Virus record (IMG/VR): IMGVR_UViG_3300009161_000021
Direction: 5' to 3' (one strand)
Length of the DNA: 64,000 nt
Origin: a virus
Taxonomy: Duplodnaviria; Caudoviricetes
The notes beneath the pieces are model-generated. The model was not told the DNA's origin, ran no database searches, and saw only the letters and a program-made list of their open reading frames with translations. A program made the position numbers and the translations under genes. This document shows positions 18,475 through 28,420 of this stretch, piece by piece. How positions within the stretch are numbered: the first letter of the stretch is position 1; every line of letters starts with the position of its first letter.

Positions 18475-19319
18475 GTGTTCACCGCGTCGAAGATTGTTTC
18501 AATGCTAACGTTGGGAGGCAAGCTGAATCCAGCAGCTTTCCGATGACCGCCACCGCCGAACTTCTTCGCGACCTCGCTCACGTCAGCGTCATCATGGTGC
18601 GCTCGAAGGCTTGCCTTAACACGGCGGCTCTCATGATCGTAGTACCAGATCACGGAGAAATCGCACTTTGGAGAGAGAGCAGCGCCGATTTCAGACATCC
18701 AATGTGAAGAGTTAACCACGAGCACGCTCTTTCCAGCGATCTTCCGATGTGAGGCGTTCTTCGTAATCTTGGAGATAACGGTCTTGGAGTAGGCAAGGAT
18801 GTAAGCACCGCGCTCCTGGGCACTGTCCACTTCGGAATCGTCGAGATACTTGTCGAACTCCTCAAAATCAAACTTTACCATGTCGAAGGCCGCAGCGAAC
18901 TCCTTGGAGTAGGGGATCTCCCACTTCCAAAGGTCACGATCCTCGATGAACTTGATGAGTCGAGGAGCTTCCTTCCCGGGATGGAAGAACTTCCAGGCGA
19001 GCATCGCTCCGCTGTGGTTCATGTCGAAACGCGTGCATGAGACATCATGGAGCTCGACCATAGCTGACTTGTGGTGGTCGATGATGAGGAGGTTCTTGGC
19101 CTCCTGCATCATACGCTTCGTGGTGGCGTTATCGTAGGAGAAGTCCAGGACGACCACATTCTTTCCTGTCACGTCAGGTGGAGGCTCTCCGTGCTTCGCA
19201 GCGAGGTACTCCGCCCGATCACCGAGCAGCTTCCAGGCTGCGTAAGCAGCCCCAAAACCATCGGTGCAGTTTTCATGATAGATGACGAGATCGACGCTGG
19301 ACGGTTCTAGCATATTCAC
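18471..19319 (-). CDS. DHH/DHHA1 phosphoesterase (NrnB/oligoribonuclease-like)
   Basis: YHENCTDG, LDFS, IIDHH, EDRDLW, GGGHRKAAG. Confidence 0.9.
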   Translation of the reverse strand: MNMLEPSSVDLVIYHENCTDGFGAAYAAWKLLGDRAEYLAAKHGEPPPDVTGKNVVVLDFSYDNATTKRMMQEAKNLLIIDHHKSAMVELHDVSCTRFDMNHSGAMLAWKFFHPGKEAPRLIKFIEDRDLWKWEIPYSKEFAAAFDMVKFDFEEFDKYLDDSEVDSAQERGAYILAYSKTVISKITKNASHRKIAGKSVLVVNSSHWMSEIGAALSPKCDFSVIWYYDHESRRVKASLRAHHDDADVSEVAKKFGGGGHRKAAGFSLPPNVSIETIFDAVNT

Positions 19320-19339
19320 GTAAGCTCCGGACTAAACTA

Positions 19340-19933
19340 TTATCCCACGTTCTCGTTCGGATTGCACATTATCGGGTGATGCCTGAAACACCTTGGTTCG
19401 TAGAGATTCTTCCCACCGACCTCGATCTCCTTGTCATCGTTTGTGAGCTTCGCTGTGTAGTACGCATCGCTTCCGCAAGCTGGGCACACAGCAGGGCACT
19501 TTTCGACCTTCGTAGCGAACGGTAGAAGTGAGGTCACCTCCTCGAAGGGACGACACTTCGCGCTCAGATCAAGGGTCGCGATCAGCACGTCAACACCACT
19601 CCGCATGATCTCCAGGGCCGCTGGTGCCACCCCGTCTATCATGAAGGCTTCGTCTATGGCCACCGCATCAATATCACCCTTGATGCTTCTGAAGTGGTTC
19701 AGAAGGGCAGCTCCCGAGCTGACGCAGGTAGCAGGCCACTTGGCACCTGAGTGGGTGCAGATCTGAGATTGCTCGTATCTCGCGTCCATCGAGGGCTTGT
19801 ACGCTATCACCGTCCGACCCTGAAGCTTAAGACGCTCGATGGACGCGATCAGACGTGATGTCTTGGAGCCCCACATCGGACCACAGAAAATAACAAGATT
19901 TGGATTACCCTGCATTCGTTCTCCCGTAATCAT
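19340..19933 (-). CDS. tdk: Thymidine kinase (type II)
   Basis: GPMWGSKTSRL P-loop, IDEAFM, CPACG...YEPRCFRHH lasso/zinc region. Confidence 0.93.
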   Translation of the reverse strand: MITGERMQGNPNLVIFCGPMWGSKTSRLIASIERLKLQGRTVIAYKPSMDARYEQSQICTHSGAKWPATCVSSGAALLNHFRSIKGDIDAVAIDEAFMIDGVAPAALEIMRSGVDVLIATLDLSAKCRPFEEVTSLLPFATKVEKCPAVCPACGSDAYYTAKLTNDDKEIEVGGKNLYEPRCFRHHPIMCNPNENVG

Positions 19934-20327
19934 CCTCTATTATGATCGAACCGTCGTTCGACTTGTCGCCGATCTCAATGACAACACTTTCTTCGAGAGC
20001 CTCAAGTCTGTATGGACACTCGGATTGCACGTTGAAGACATCGCCTGGAGAAAGAATTCTCTCTTCCCAGGGATACTTCTCTGGCTTTTCAATCGTCCGC
20101 GAGCTGCCAAACGTCACCTTAACAAGTCCGCTCATTATCAGGAAGAACTCATTCTTAATCTTATGAAACTTCAGGCTCGTTCTATGGCCCTTCCTGATCG
20201 TGATGAGCTTTCCCTGAAAGTCAGCAGTGGAGCTCCAAACCTGAGCAGTGCCCCACGGCTTTATCTCGTTCGATGACTTGGTGACCCAAGCATGCTTAGG
20301 AGCCCTCATTAAAATCCCACCAATCAA
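19905..20327 (-). CDS. Cupin-fold protein (phosphomannose-isomerase type II/sugar-isomerase-like)
   Basis: KPWG...TSLKFHKIKNEFFLIMSG...GDVFNV...YRLEALEESVVIEI...EDDYGR; real start probably MRAPKH. Confidence 0.75.
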   Translation of the reverse strand: MIGGILMRAPKHAWVTKSSNEIKPWGTAQVWSSTADFQGKLITIRKGHRTSLKFHKIKNEFFLIMSGLVKVTFGSSRTIEKPEKYPWEERILSPGDVFNVQSECPYRLEALEESVVIEIGDKSNDGSIIIEDDYGRTNAG

Positions 20328-21312
20328 GAGTCATCTTAAGACCATCCACAAACTTGACCTGCGGCTTCCACCCAAGAACCTGCTCAATGATCGTCACGTC
20401 CGCAAGAGTATCCCGCACATCGCCCGCGCGGACCGGTGCACTGTTCACCTCGAGGTTCGGAAACTTGAGACGAAGGAGGTCGAGGACTTCATTGTTCGAA
20501 AGTGACTCGCCCGACCCAACGTTGAAAGCGTGCCCGCGGAAGTCATGCTGAGATTCAGCTGCCAAACGATTCGCCCGAGCAACGTCCTTGACGAAGACAA
20601 GATCTCGAGTCTGGTATCCATCACCGTCAGAGCGAAGTGGACGTCCCTCCTTCAGAGCTGAGCACCACGCGGCGACTGCTGTCGAGTAGGGAGACTTGCC
20701 GTCCTGGCCGGGACCGTAGACGTTGAAGTAACGTAGGCAGACACTCTTCTGCTGGTAGAGTCGCCCGAAGAGGGTCAGGTAATCCTCGATCATCCGCTTC
20801 TGCAGACCGTACGGAGACTGAGGGTTGGAGGGCGAGAACTCGGTGGTTGGCAGCTGGTCGATCTCGCCGTAGACGGACGAAGACGAGGAGAACACGAACT
20901 TGGTGCTTCCACCACGAATCGCATCGAGGAGAGCAAGGGTGCGAGTGACGTTGAGATCGTTCGATTCGAAAGGAAGCTGGACGGAGTACTCAACGCGTGG
21001 CATCGCAGCGAGATGGAAGATGACATCGTAGAGCCCAGCCTTGGAGCGAGACAGAATCTCACGATGAGCGAAATCGCCCTCGATCACGAGAACAGAGCCA
21101 GCGACCCTTTCGGACTCAGGGTGCTTCAGCTCGAAAGCCCCAATAAGATCGGCAGGAACTGCTCGAAATGAGATTCCGTTGAGAGAATCAAGTGAGCCGT
21201 TGGACATGTCGTCGATAACGTCGACGATGTAATCGTTCATGATGAGCTCACGAACAACATGAGAACCGATAAAACCACATCCGCCCGTTACAAGGGCACG
21301 CTTGTTATTCAT
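20296..21312 (-). CDS. NAD-dependent UDP-sugar C4-epimerase/dehydratase (extended SDR, WbpP/GalE-like)
   Basis: TGGCGFIGSH, FHLAA, SSSSVYG, YGLQK, LRYFNVYGPGQD, GDGYQTRDLVFV, RAGDVRDTLAD. Confidence 0.95.
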   Translation of the reverse strand: MNNKRALVTGGCGFIGSHVVRELIMNDYIVDVIDDMSNGSLDSLNGISFRAVPADLIGAFELKHPESERVAGSVLVIEGDFAHREILSRSKAGLYDVIFHLAAMPRVEYSVQLPFESNDLNVTRTLALLDAIRGGSTKFVFSSSSSVYGEIDQLPTTEFSPSNPQSPYGLQKRMIEDYLTLFGRLYQQKSVCLRYFNVYGPGQDGKSPYSTAVAAWCSALKEGRPLRSDGDGYQTRDLVFVKDVARANRLAAESQHDFRGHAFNVGSGESLSNNEVLDLLRLKFPNLEVNSAPVRAGDVRDTLADVTIIEQVLGWKPQVKFVDGLKMTLDWWDFNEGS

Positions 21313-21314
21313 TT

Positions 21315-22313
21315 TTACCTCTTGAAGAAATGATAGCCCTGATGATTTGTCGAGAGAAGGTATCTCTGGGCAAGCTTTTGATCCTTCATCTTTCTAGCCC
21401 TAAACGAGCAGAGAATGTTTCTCCAGTCATTAACAAGCTGGTAGAAGGCTGGATCATCCATCTCGTCGCTGAGCTTGGGACTGATAAGCATGAAACCGTC
21501 GAGGAATTCGCCATCGGTCATCTTGTGAACCCGCTCCTCAACTCGCATCAGATCATGGATCGGAAAAGATCGAGGATATGCTGGCATCGGACGGCCAAGA
21601 TTGTCGCTTGAATTCGCAATCGCGTCCAGCATCTCGAAATCACGTTCATAGCAGTGGAGAGAATTTGATGTGTGTACGTACTCGCCAAGTTCGACGTTAA
21701 GCTCATTCGCCAGAACCTCCTGCATAGTTGTGAAAGCTGGAACATCGTATGCGATCCCAAGGATGATGTCGCTGGATCGCATGTTGACGTGAAGGTGGAG
21801 CTTACCCTCGCGAATGAAGAATTGGAGCGCGAGAGTGCATGGAACGTCCTTCACGGCGTAGATCGAATCGTCAGGGGTCCTGATATGAATAACAGCGCGG
21901 CGACTGTCAGGATCGCGCTTGAGCTCGCTCTTGACGTACTCCCACTGATTCAGCCCACCATCAGCGATCCTCGGATGAAGCTTGAAGATTCGAGCGCCGT
22001 ACGCGGAGTTTGCAGTCTTTCCATCATCGCTGATGTCCTTCCAAAAGGAAGCGTATCTCGAGATCCATTCGGTGGAGTTGCTTCCGCTCATGTACCAGAG
22101 AGTCTCAGCCACAAAGTAGGAGAGCGAGAAGTTGCGAGCTTCGATGTAAGGAAGGCGATCTCGAACGTTCTTGATCCTGAACTGAACCCCCAGCTTCTCC
22201 TTGATCTTCATGCCACGAGGAGAAGAGATGAAATCGGACTCATCTCGAATCAAACGGCAAAGATCGACGTAAGCATGTGAGAAATTTCCGTAAGTCTTCA
22301 TACCTTCAGCCAC
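21315..22313 (-). CDS. Thymidylate-synthase homologue, predicted dCMP hydroxymethylase/methylase
   Basis: AETLWY, DSRRA, VPCT (catalytic Cys), MRSSDIILGIAYD (Asp at the position of ThyA Asn177), SLHCY. Confidence 0.8.
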   Translation of the reverse strand: MAEGMKTYGNFSHAYVDLCRLIRDESDFISSPRGMKIKEKLGVQFRIKNVRDRLPYIEARNFSLSYFVAETLWYMSGSNSTEWISRYASFWKDISDDGKTANSAYGARIFKLHPRIADGGLNQWEYVKSELKRDPDSRRAVIHIRTPDDSIYAVKDVPCTLALQFFIREGKLHLHVNMRSSDIILGIAYDVPAFTTMQEVLANELNVELGEYVHTSNSLHCYERDFEMLDAIANSSDNLGRPMPAYPRSFPIHDLMRVEERVHKMTDGEFLDGFMLISPKLSDEMDDPAFYQLVNDWRNILCSFRARKMKDQKLAQRYLLSTNHQGYHFFKR

Positions 22314-22813
22314 TCCCTAATTTCGAGCGTCTCGCGCTCAAGATTCTCGTCATCAACCCAGATCGTGAGAACCTCGCACTTCGTCCAGCCCTCGAACTCC
22401 TGATAGAGGCTGTCAAGCCCCTCGAGCGCGTGAGCGTCAATGTAACTGTGGAGGTCGTCGCGTATCCCATTATAGCTCTTCCGGCGACAAATGACAATCT
22501 TACCGCCGGCTTCAGCAAACTTCTCGTCAACCTTGCGAAGGACGACGTCATCCGTCTCACGATTGAAGTGCCTCGAGTAGACCCATTCCGATGCATAGTT
22601 CCTGTCCATGATGGCGCTAGCCTTTGTCTGGCAGAGAAAATCTGCTAGAAACGTCGCTCCGTACGTCAGCAGATTCTTGAAGTAGCTTGGATCACGAAGG
22701 TCGGTGAACCACTCACCCGAGTTCTTAAAAACAGGAATCCCGAGCTGCCGAGAAAGCTCGGCTGCCATCTCCGACTTTCCGCATCGATCTGGACCCTCGA
22801 ATGTGATAAGCAT
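22298..22813 (-). CDS. Deoxynucleoside monophosphate kinase (thymidylate-kinase fold)
   Basis: ITFEGPDRCGKS P-loop, IMDRNYASEWVY. Confidence 0.85.
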   Translation of the reverse strand: MLITFEGPDRCGKSEMAAELSRQLGIPVFKNSGEWFTDLRDPSYFKNLLTYGATFLADFLCQTKASAIMDRNYASEWVYSRHFNRETDDVVLRKVDEKFAEAGGKIVICRRKSYNGIRDDLHSYIDAHALEGLDSLYQEFEGWTKCEVLTIWVDDENLERETLEIREWLKV

Positions 22814-22814
22814 C

Positions 22815-23870
22815 TTAACCTCGCTTTGCGTGTTGCTCGATCAAATCAATCTTATGCGACGGGCTGAAATCTACAACCTGGCGAAGCGCTTCCTCCTGAC
22901 GATTGATGATATCGGTCCGCTCAGCAACGCTCATCTTGGAGAGACGGGTCACAGCTCGAACGACGTCCTCTGGATCGTTGACGAGGAAATCGCCCAGACC
23001 GACCGGACGAGCGTGAACGTACTCGTTCGGGATGAGAGACACAACCCCCGCCTGAATCGCTTCCGTGAATCGCATCGTGATGTTACCGTAGGGTGTGTAA
23101 TCGTCGCGGGTGATGTGAGTCACAGCGATGGAGTTGTTGATGACTCCGAAGATCTCCTTGTAAGCGAGGCGGGTACCAAAAGCGACGTGAGGATTCTCCT
23201 GCAGAAGAACGCTCGGGTCCTTACGTTCCGGGCTCCTTTCGAGCCAGTTACCCCACACCTTCGTCTGAATCCCGCGAGTCCTGAGGGAGTGACTCGGGAC
23301 GGAGTAGTACTTTCGGAACTGCGGATCGCGATCGTAGTTGTTACCGACGTAAGTGTAGTTGTACGAGTACTCAACGGGCTTGAAGAGACGCCGAGCCGAA
23401 GAAGCCCATGGCATCGAGATCCTGGCTCGGGTCTGTTCACGCGGCTTGATGCAAGCATCAGCGAGTTGCGCGTTGGGCCATCGAAGCTCCTCCTCCGGAG
23501 TCATCTTCAGATCACCGTCATGGATGATGATGGGAACTCCCTTCGCGTGATAGTGATCGAGGAGCTCGCACTGACGCTTGTAATCGGGCTCAGTAGCACG
23601 CTCGCCGCCGATGGACTCGTCGTTCTTCCAGGTAGGCCAACGCCACTCGACGAAGAGAACGTCTCCCTCGGGGAATCCAGCGTCATCGTACTCGACGCCA
23701 GGGTATGGCTCATCATCACGACGCTTCTGCACCTGAACAACAGTATGTCCGTGACGATGCATCTCGTCCACGAGATCGACTCGACCACCACGATAGTGGT
23801 CAGGAGTGTTCGAAACTGTCTGCTTCTCGAATGGGGTCACGAAACCCCAGAATGAATATAGAATTCGCAT
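22815..23870 (-). CDS. GT-B glycosyltransferase, T4 DNA beta-glucosyltransferase-like
   Basis: C-terminal YGNITMRFTEAIQAGVVSLIPNEY...FLVNDPEDVVRAVTRL resembles the T4 BGT C-terminal segment as recalled (FITLRVWETMASDAVMLIDEEF...FYVNNRAELIDRVNEL). Confidence 0.7.
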   Translation of the reverse strand: MRILYSFWGFVTPFEKQTVSNTPDHYRGGRVDLVDEMHRHGHTVVQVQKRRDDEPYPGVEYDDAGFPEGDVLFVEWRWPTWKNDESIGGERATEPDYKRQCELLDHYHAKGVPIIIHDGDLKMTPEEELRWPNAQLADACIKPREQTRARISMPWASSARRLFKPVEYSYNYTYVGNNYDRDPQFRKYYSVPSHSLRTRGIQTKVWGNWLERSPERKDPSVLLQENPHVAFGTRLAYKEIFGVINNSIAVTHITRDDYTPYGNITMRFTEAIQAGVVSLIPNEYVHARPVGLGDFLVNDPEDVVRAVTRLSKMSVAERTDIINRQEEALRQVVDFSPSHKIDLIEQHAKRG

Positions 23871-23878
23871 CTTTTACC

Positions 23879-26800
23879 TCACATAACCTTGATTTTCTTA
23901 CCCTTTGTCGACAACCCGAAGTCAGACCGATCGACCTCGGCAACGCAGAGCGTGTATGGTTCAAAAGCAATCTTACCGTCCCAGTCCCACATGAACATCT
24001 TTTCCGTGTTTCCAGCCTCACCCATCACCTGAAGCATGAGATAGGGCTTCCCGTTCTTCGTCTTCTTCTCGACAGAGCTCACGATAACGAACCAGTAGAC
24101 ATCAAGTCTCTCCCAGTTATCGATGGAGTAAACCTCCTTGTCCTTAAATTTCTGACGAAGTTCGGTGGAGACCAGGGAGATTGGATCCATCTTGCCCGAG
24201 AGCTCGATCTGCATCAGGGCAATCTCGCGACGGGTCCACTCGGGCATGCCCTCGGTCTCGACAGTGAGCTCGCGGAACTTCTTGATGCCGCGCTGTGGAT
24301 CCTTCTTCGCCCACTTCTTGATGTCGTCAGCATTCTCGATGATGACGTGGTGCATCTGCTTCCAGGACGAGAACTGCTTTCCGCTTCCAACGATTCCCAT
24401 CGAATCGAACGCGTTTGCCTTGATGAGTGCCTCGAGAGCGCGCTTGTTGAACTTGGAGGGTCGCCACTGACCGTCCTCCTTCCAGAGCATCTCCTCGATG
24501 CTGCGGTAAGGTCGGCATGCCACGATCTCCTCGATTGCTGTCTCACCGACTCCCTTGATAGTGTTGAAGGATGGGATGAGGAGCTTACGCTCAGAGTCGA
24601 CCGACCACTGATTCGTGGAGAGGTTGATGTCGACGTTGCCGATATCGTACCCCATCTTCTTCACATCGGAGATCGCCTGGGCACGATCGTCAGGGTTACC
24701 GATCATCGACTCCATGTAGGCGCAGAGCCACTCGGATTCGAAGTACGTGAGGAGCCAGGCGCAGTAGAAGGAATCGATAGCGTAGGCCAGGGCGTGGGAG
24801 AGGTTGAACCCGTACCCCGCGAAGAAGAGGATGTCGTCCCAGAGCTTAGAGGCGACGGATTCCCTGATGCCATTGCCCACCGCGCCGTTGACGAAGTTGT
24901 CCTTCATCGCTTTCGCCTTCTTCATCGACTCCTCAGGGTTACCGCCCTGACGCTTCAGGATGTTCTTTCGAACCTTGTCGCACTCGGACTTTGGGAACCC
25001 AGCCACCACGTTGCAGAGCTGCATGAGCTGCTCCTGGAAGATGATGCATCCGAATGTCGGCTCGAGGACCTGCTTGATGAGTGGATGCTTGTAGTCGATG
25101 TCTCGCGGGTTCGCCTTCGCCTCGAGGTAGAGCTTGTCAACCTTCGCCGCGAGCGGACCAGGTCGGAAGACCGAAGTCAGGGTGGCGATGTCGATGATCG
25201 ATCGTGGCTTGGCGTTCTGGAAGAGACGCTGGGCACCCTTGCTGGTGAGCTGAAAGACACCTGGCGTTCGGGATGTTGCCTCGTGGTAGACGTTCTCATA
25301 CACCTTCTGATCATCGAAGTTGATAACGTCGGTTGCCATGTGCTCATCGAACCACTTCTTGACCTCCTGGAACGTCGGGTTCTTGATCCCATGATGACGC
25401 TGAAGAATTAGCTCGATCGTTCGATGGATCGTTCGAAGCGTTTCAAGCCCCAGCAGGTCGAACTTAACCCACCCCAGCATCTCGAGATGCTTGTAGTTCA
25501 TGCCCTCGACCCAGGGGGTCTGCTGCTCTCCCTTCGCCATGATGAGTGGCATCCGCTCGGCAATACGTTCCGAGATGATGACACCACCAGCGTGTCGCCC
25601 CAGAGCCTTGTTCTGCTTGAACAGGACCTTGATGGATTCCGAGACCTGTGGGTGGCGATCGATGAAGTTTCGGAAGCTCTCGCAGTGCTCGTAGCTGTCC
25701 TCATAGGTCAGGACGAACAGGTTCTTGTCATCCCCAACCTTCTTCGTTGCGTTCATGACCTCACGTTCGACGGTCTTCAGGGCCTCGTTAACCTCCTCGA
25801 GCGGAATGTCATAGAGACGGGAGACGTCGCGGATGAGTGTCTTCAGCTTGAAGGTGTTGTAGTTCGAGATTGGAACGATGTTCTCGCCGCCAAACTTCTC
25901 ACGTAGGATCGAGAGTAGGAGATCTCGGTTCTCGACGTCGGTGTCGATGTCGGGTAGACCCTCGCGGTCAGGGGATAGGAATCGCTCGAAGAGCAGACCG
26001 TACTTGATCGGATCAACGTCAGTGATGCCGAGGACGTAGCAGACGAGGGAGCCCGCACCGGAACCTCGACCGACGCCGACGAACATCTGCTCCTTCGCAG
26101 CGGAGATGATCTCCTTCATCGTGAGGAAGTAGGACGAGAAGTCCTTCTGCTTGATGACATCGAGCTCGTACTTCGCACGTTCGACGTACACAGGATCGGT
26201 GTGGAAACCCTTCGCGATGAGGCCCTGCTTCACGGATTCGACAAGAGCCTGGTTCGCCGTCTTACCCTCAGGGATGACGTAGCTCGGAAGCTTGACGGAG
26301 CGATCAGGTTGGACGTCACCGATCTCCTCATGGGCGAGATGCCAGGTTCTCTCGACCGCCTTGCGAATGAGCTCCTCCTCACCACGGTAGAAATCATCGG
26401 TCCCGCGGGAGATCATGAACTCATCCCACACCTGCGATGCGTTCTTCGGGTAGAGCTCACACTTCAGCTGATCCTTGCTCTTTGGGATGGAATCCGCCGA
26501 GAGGTCAGCGTAGTTGAGCCAGCCGAGCTTCTTGTAGATCTCGCGCTCCTTCCAGTGCTCAGGGCGGGCATAGTGGGAGTCGCAGGTAACAACGAGCTGG
26601 TCGGTCATGCCCTGACGCTTCGCGAACTCCATGATCGCGCGGTTGACGATGTGCTGGGCTGGGAGACGGTTGAACTGCAGCTCGAGCATCACGTTCTTGC
26701 GACCTACAGCCCAAGCAAGACCATCGAACGAGTTACCGACTCGGTTGATGACGCGCTCCATGATCGACGGATCATTGAGAAGCCGGCTGTTCAGGCTCTC

Positions 26801-27502
26801 GAAGCTGTGCTCCTGCAGCTCGCGGAAGACCTCGAAGGCGAGCGGACCACCGATGCAGGCAGTGGAGACGATGAAGTTATCGTCCTCCTGTGCCTCCTTT
26901 AGCATCGCGAGGTCGACACGTGGGAACTTGTAGAAGCCCTCCGAGTAACCACGGCTCACGAGACCGAAAAGCCGTTCGAGACCCTTGCTGTGACGCGGTA
27001 GGACAACGAGGTGATGACGACGGTTGATTGGGTTGAAGTGCTTCGTGGACTTCGTCTCGTCCTCGTTCTCGATCGTGAGGGCGGAGGCGTCGGTGTCGAT
27101 GCCGATAGTCTCATCGTTCTCGTCGGTGACAGCGACGATCGGAGTCACGATGCTCTCGGGCTTCTCCTTCGCCTTCGCGTGGCTCTTGCGGTCTCGCTTG
27201 AGCTGCTGCCACTCGTGGTACTCAGCCTGCCAGGCATTGAGATCCGGGTGGATGTACATCTCACAACCCGGGATGAACTTCAGGTCCTTCCCCGCTTTTT
27301 TCAGCTTGTCAGCGTGAAGCCACGCGTGACCGAAGCCGTTCATCTGACCGTGATCGGTCAGGCTCCAACCATCGAGACCGTTCTCGAGGCAGAAGTCAAT
27401 GTGCTCTTGTGGGTAACCAAGTCCATCAAACGTCGAAAACCCCGAGTGCGAATGAATTCCAAAGAACTTTTCTGGACGTTTAAGTTCGCTAAGGTCTGAC
27501 AT
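23879..27502 (-). CDS. dnaE: DNA polymerase III alpha subunit (family C, DnaE) with PHP domain
   Basis: IHSHSGFSTFDG, LTDHG, GCE, TCDSHY (PHP); GRGSGAGSL, FERFL, PDIDTD, HAGGVII, KFDLLGL, GFNLSHA. Confidence 0.98.
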   Translation of the reverse strand: MSDLSELKRPEKFFGIHSHSGFSTFDGLGYPQEHIDFCLENGLDGWSLTDHGQMNGFGHAWLHADKLKKAGKDLKFIPGCEMYIHPDLNAWQAEYHEWQQLKRDRKSHAKAKEKPESIVTPIVAVTDENDETIGIDTDASALTIENEDETKSTKHFNPINRRHHLVVLPRHSKGLERLFGLVSRGYSEGFYKFPRVDLAMLKEAQEDDNFIVSTACIGGPLAFEVFRELQEHSFESLNSRLLNDPSIMERVINRVGNSFDGLAWAVGRKNVMLELQFNRLPAQHIVNRAIMEFAKRQGMTDQLVVTCDSHYARPEHWKEREIYKKLGWLNYADLSADSIPKSKDQLKCELYPKNASQVWDEFMISRGTDDFYRGEEELIRKAVERTWHLAHEEIGDVQPDRSVKLPSYVIPEGKTANQALVESVKQGLIAKGFHTDPVYVERAKYELDVIKQKDFSSYFLTMKEIISAAKEQMFVGVGRGSGAGSLVCYVLGITDVDPIKYGLLFERFLSPDREGLPDIDTDVENRDLLLSILREKFGGENIVPISNYNTFKLKTLIRDVSRLYDIPLEEVNEALKTVEREVMNATKKVGDDKNLFVLTYEDSYEHCESFRNFIDRHPQVSESIKVLFKQNKALGRHAGGVIISERIAERMPLIMAKGEQQTPWVEGMNYKHLEMLGWVKFDLLGLETLRTIHRTIELILQRHHGIKNPTFQEVKKWFDEHMATDVINFDDQKVYENVYHEATSRTPGVFQLTSKGAQRLFQNAKPRSIIDIATLTSVFRPGPLAAKVDKLYLEAKANPRDIDYKHPLIKQVLEPTFGCIIFQEQLMQLCNVVAGFPKSECDKVRKNILKRQGGNPEESMKKAKAMKDNFVNGAVGNGIRESVASKLWDDILFFAGYGFNLSHALAYAIDSFYCAWLLTYFESEWLCAYMESMIGNPDDRAQAISDVKKMGYDIGNVDINLSTNQWSVDSERKLLIPSFNTIKGVGETAIEEIVACRPYRSIEEMLWKEDGQWRPSKFNKRALEALIKANAFDSMGIVGSGKQFSSWKQMHHVIIENADDIKKWAKKDPQRGIKKFRELTVETEGMPEWTRREIALMQIELSGKMDPISLVSTELRQKFKDKEVYSIDNWERLDVYWFVIVSSVEKKTKNGKPYLMLQVMGEAGNTEKMFMWDWDGKIAFEPYTLCVAEVDRSDFGLSTKGKKIKVM

Positions 27503-27519
27503 GTTATCTCCTGTGTCTA

Positions 27520-27548
27520 ATCATATTACAAGACCCGTGCGTTTGCAT
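27520..27548 (-). promoter_or_regulatory. Host sigma70-type promoter for dnaE
   Basis: ATGCAA-N17-TATGAT followed by AGGAG SD. Confidence 0.6.
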
Positions 27549-27552
27549 GAAT

Positions 27553-28260
27553 TCAATTTTTTTCCCAATTCGGTATTTTTTCAGCGAACTCAACACTAAT
27601 TCTCTCGTATTCATCTCGTTGGATAAGTGTTACGCCAAAGTTGTATTCTTTGATAAAGTCCTCTACTTTCTCTTTAGCGCGACCGGTCCACAGTCCTTTT
27701 ACTTCATAAAATCTTTCGTCGTCCTCGACCCAGAAATCCGGAACGTATTGAAGACCTGATTTCAGAGAAAAACGTGAAGGTTCGTATTTCCACTTTTTTC
27801 CGATATACGTCAAATACCTCGCAAAGTTTGCCTCCCACGAACTTCTGAAAGTTGTTGATAAGTCATCTCGGAATCCAAATTTTGCAAATGACATTTTCTT
27901 AATTGACTCGATGTAACTTTCTCTTTGCGTGTGATGATTGCATTTGTATTTCCGTGAGCATGTTTCTTTTGTCTTACGTTCCATCTCGCCAGAAGACCAC
28001 CGTTCTTTCATTGATCGTGATAGCTTCTCACGATGCTCGGGCGTGTTTGGGTCCCACCCACTTTCATAGCGTCTTTTCATGGACTCGCTCTTCTTAAGGC
28101 GCTGGGCTTCATTCTGAACGTATGAACCGCGCTCGCGACGCAGCTTCACCATATTCGACTTTACACAAGTCGGGCAATTTCTGGATGTTTGGCGGCGAGT
28201 TACGTCAACGAACACCTCGAAACACGTTTCGCAATTCTTTTGAACACCCTCAGTTTTCAC
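27553..28260 (-). mobile_element. Free-standing homing endonuclease (CxxC + NUMOD3-like + PD-(D/E)xK)
   Basis: CETC..CPTC; PEHREKLSRSMK; RSSWEANFARYL..YEP..YVPDFWV..YEVKG; visibly AT-richer than the flanks; probable GTG start at 28260 (ORF track extends to 28488). Confidence 0.75.
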
Positions 28261-28420
28261 TAAAGTTTCAGCTTTTCTTTGTGATCTTAAAGCGGCAGCT
28301 TTCCGTCGAGGTGATCCCCCGCGTCCTTCGCCGCCGCCCTTACGATCTCCAAACTTTCTTTCGATAGTGCCATCATCGCTCCTACCGAAATTTAAGGACG
28401 ACCGTCCTTTTTTACTGGCC

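Noticed and set aside
21315-22313. Annotating this gene as an ordinary thyA
   Set aside because: Asp in place of the dUMP-specifying Asn, the presence of ThyX and the glycosyltransferase context all argue against it; retained only as the alternative to test
23879-27502. Inteins or introns in DnaE, DnaB or RecA
   Set aside because: Lengths and motifs are continuous, with no splice-junction signatures
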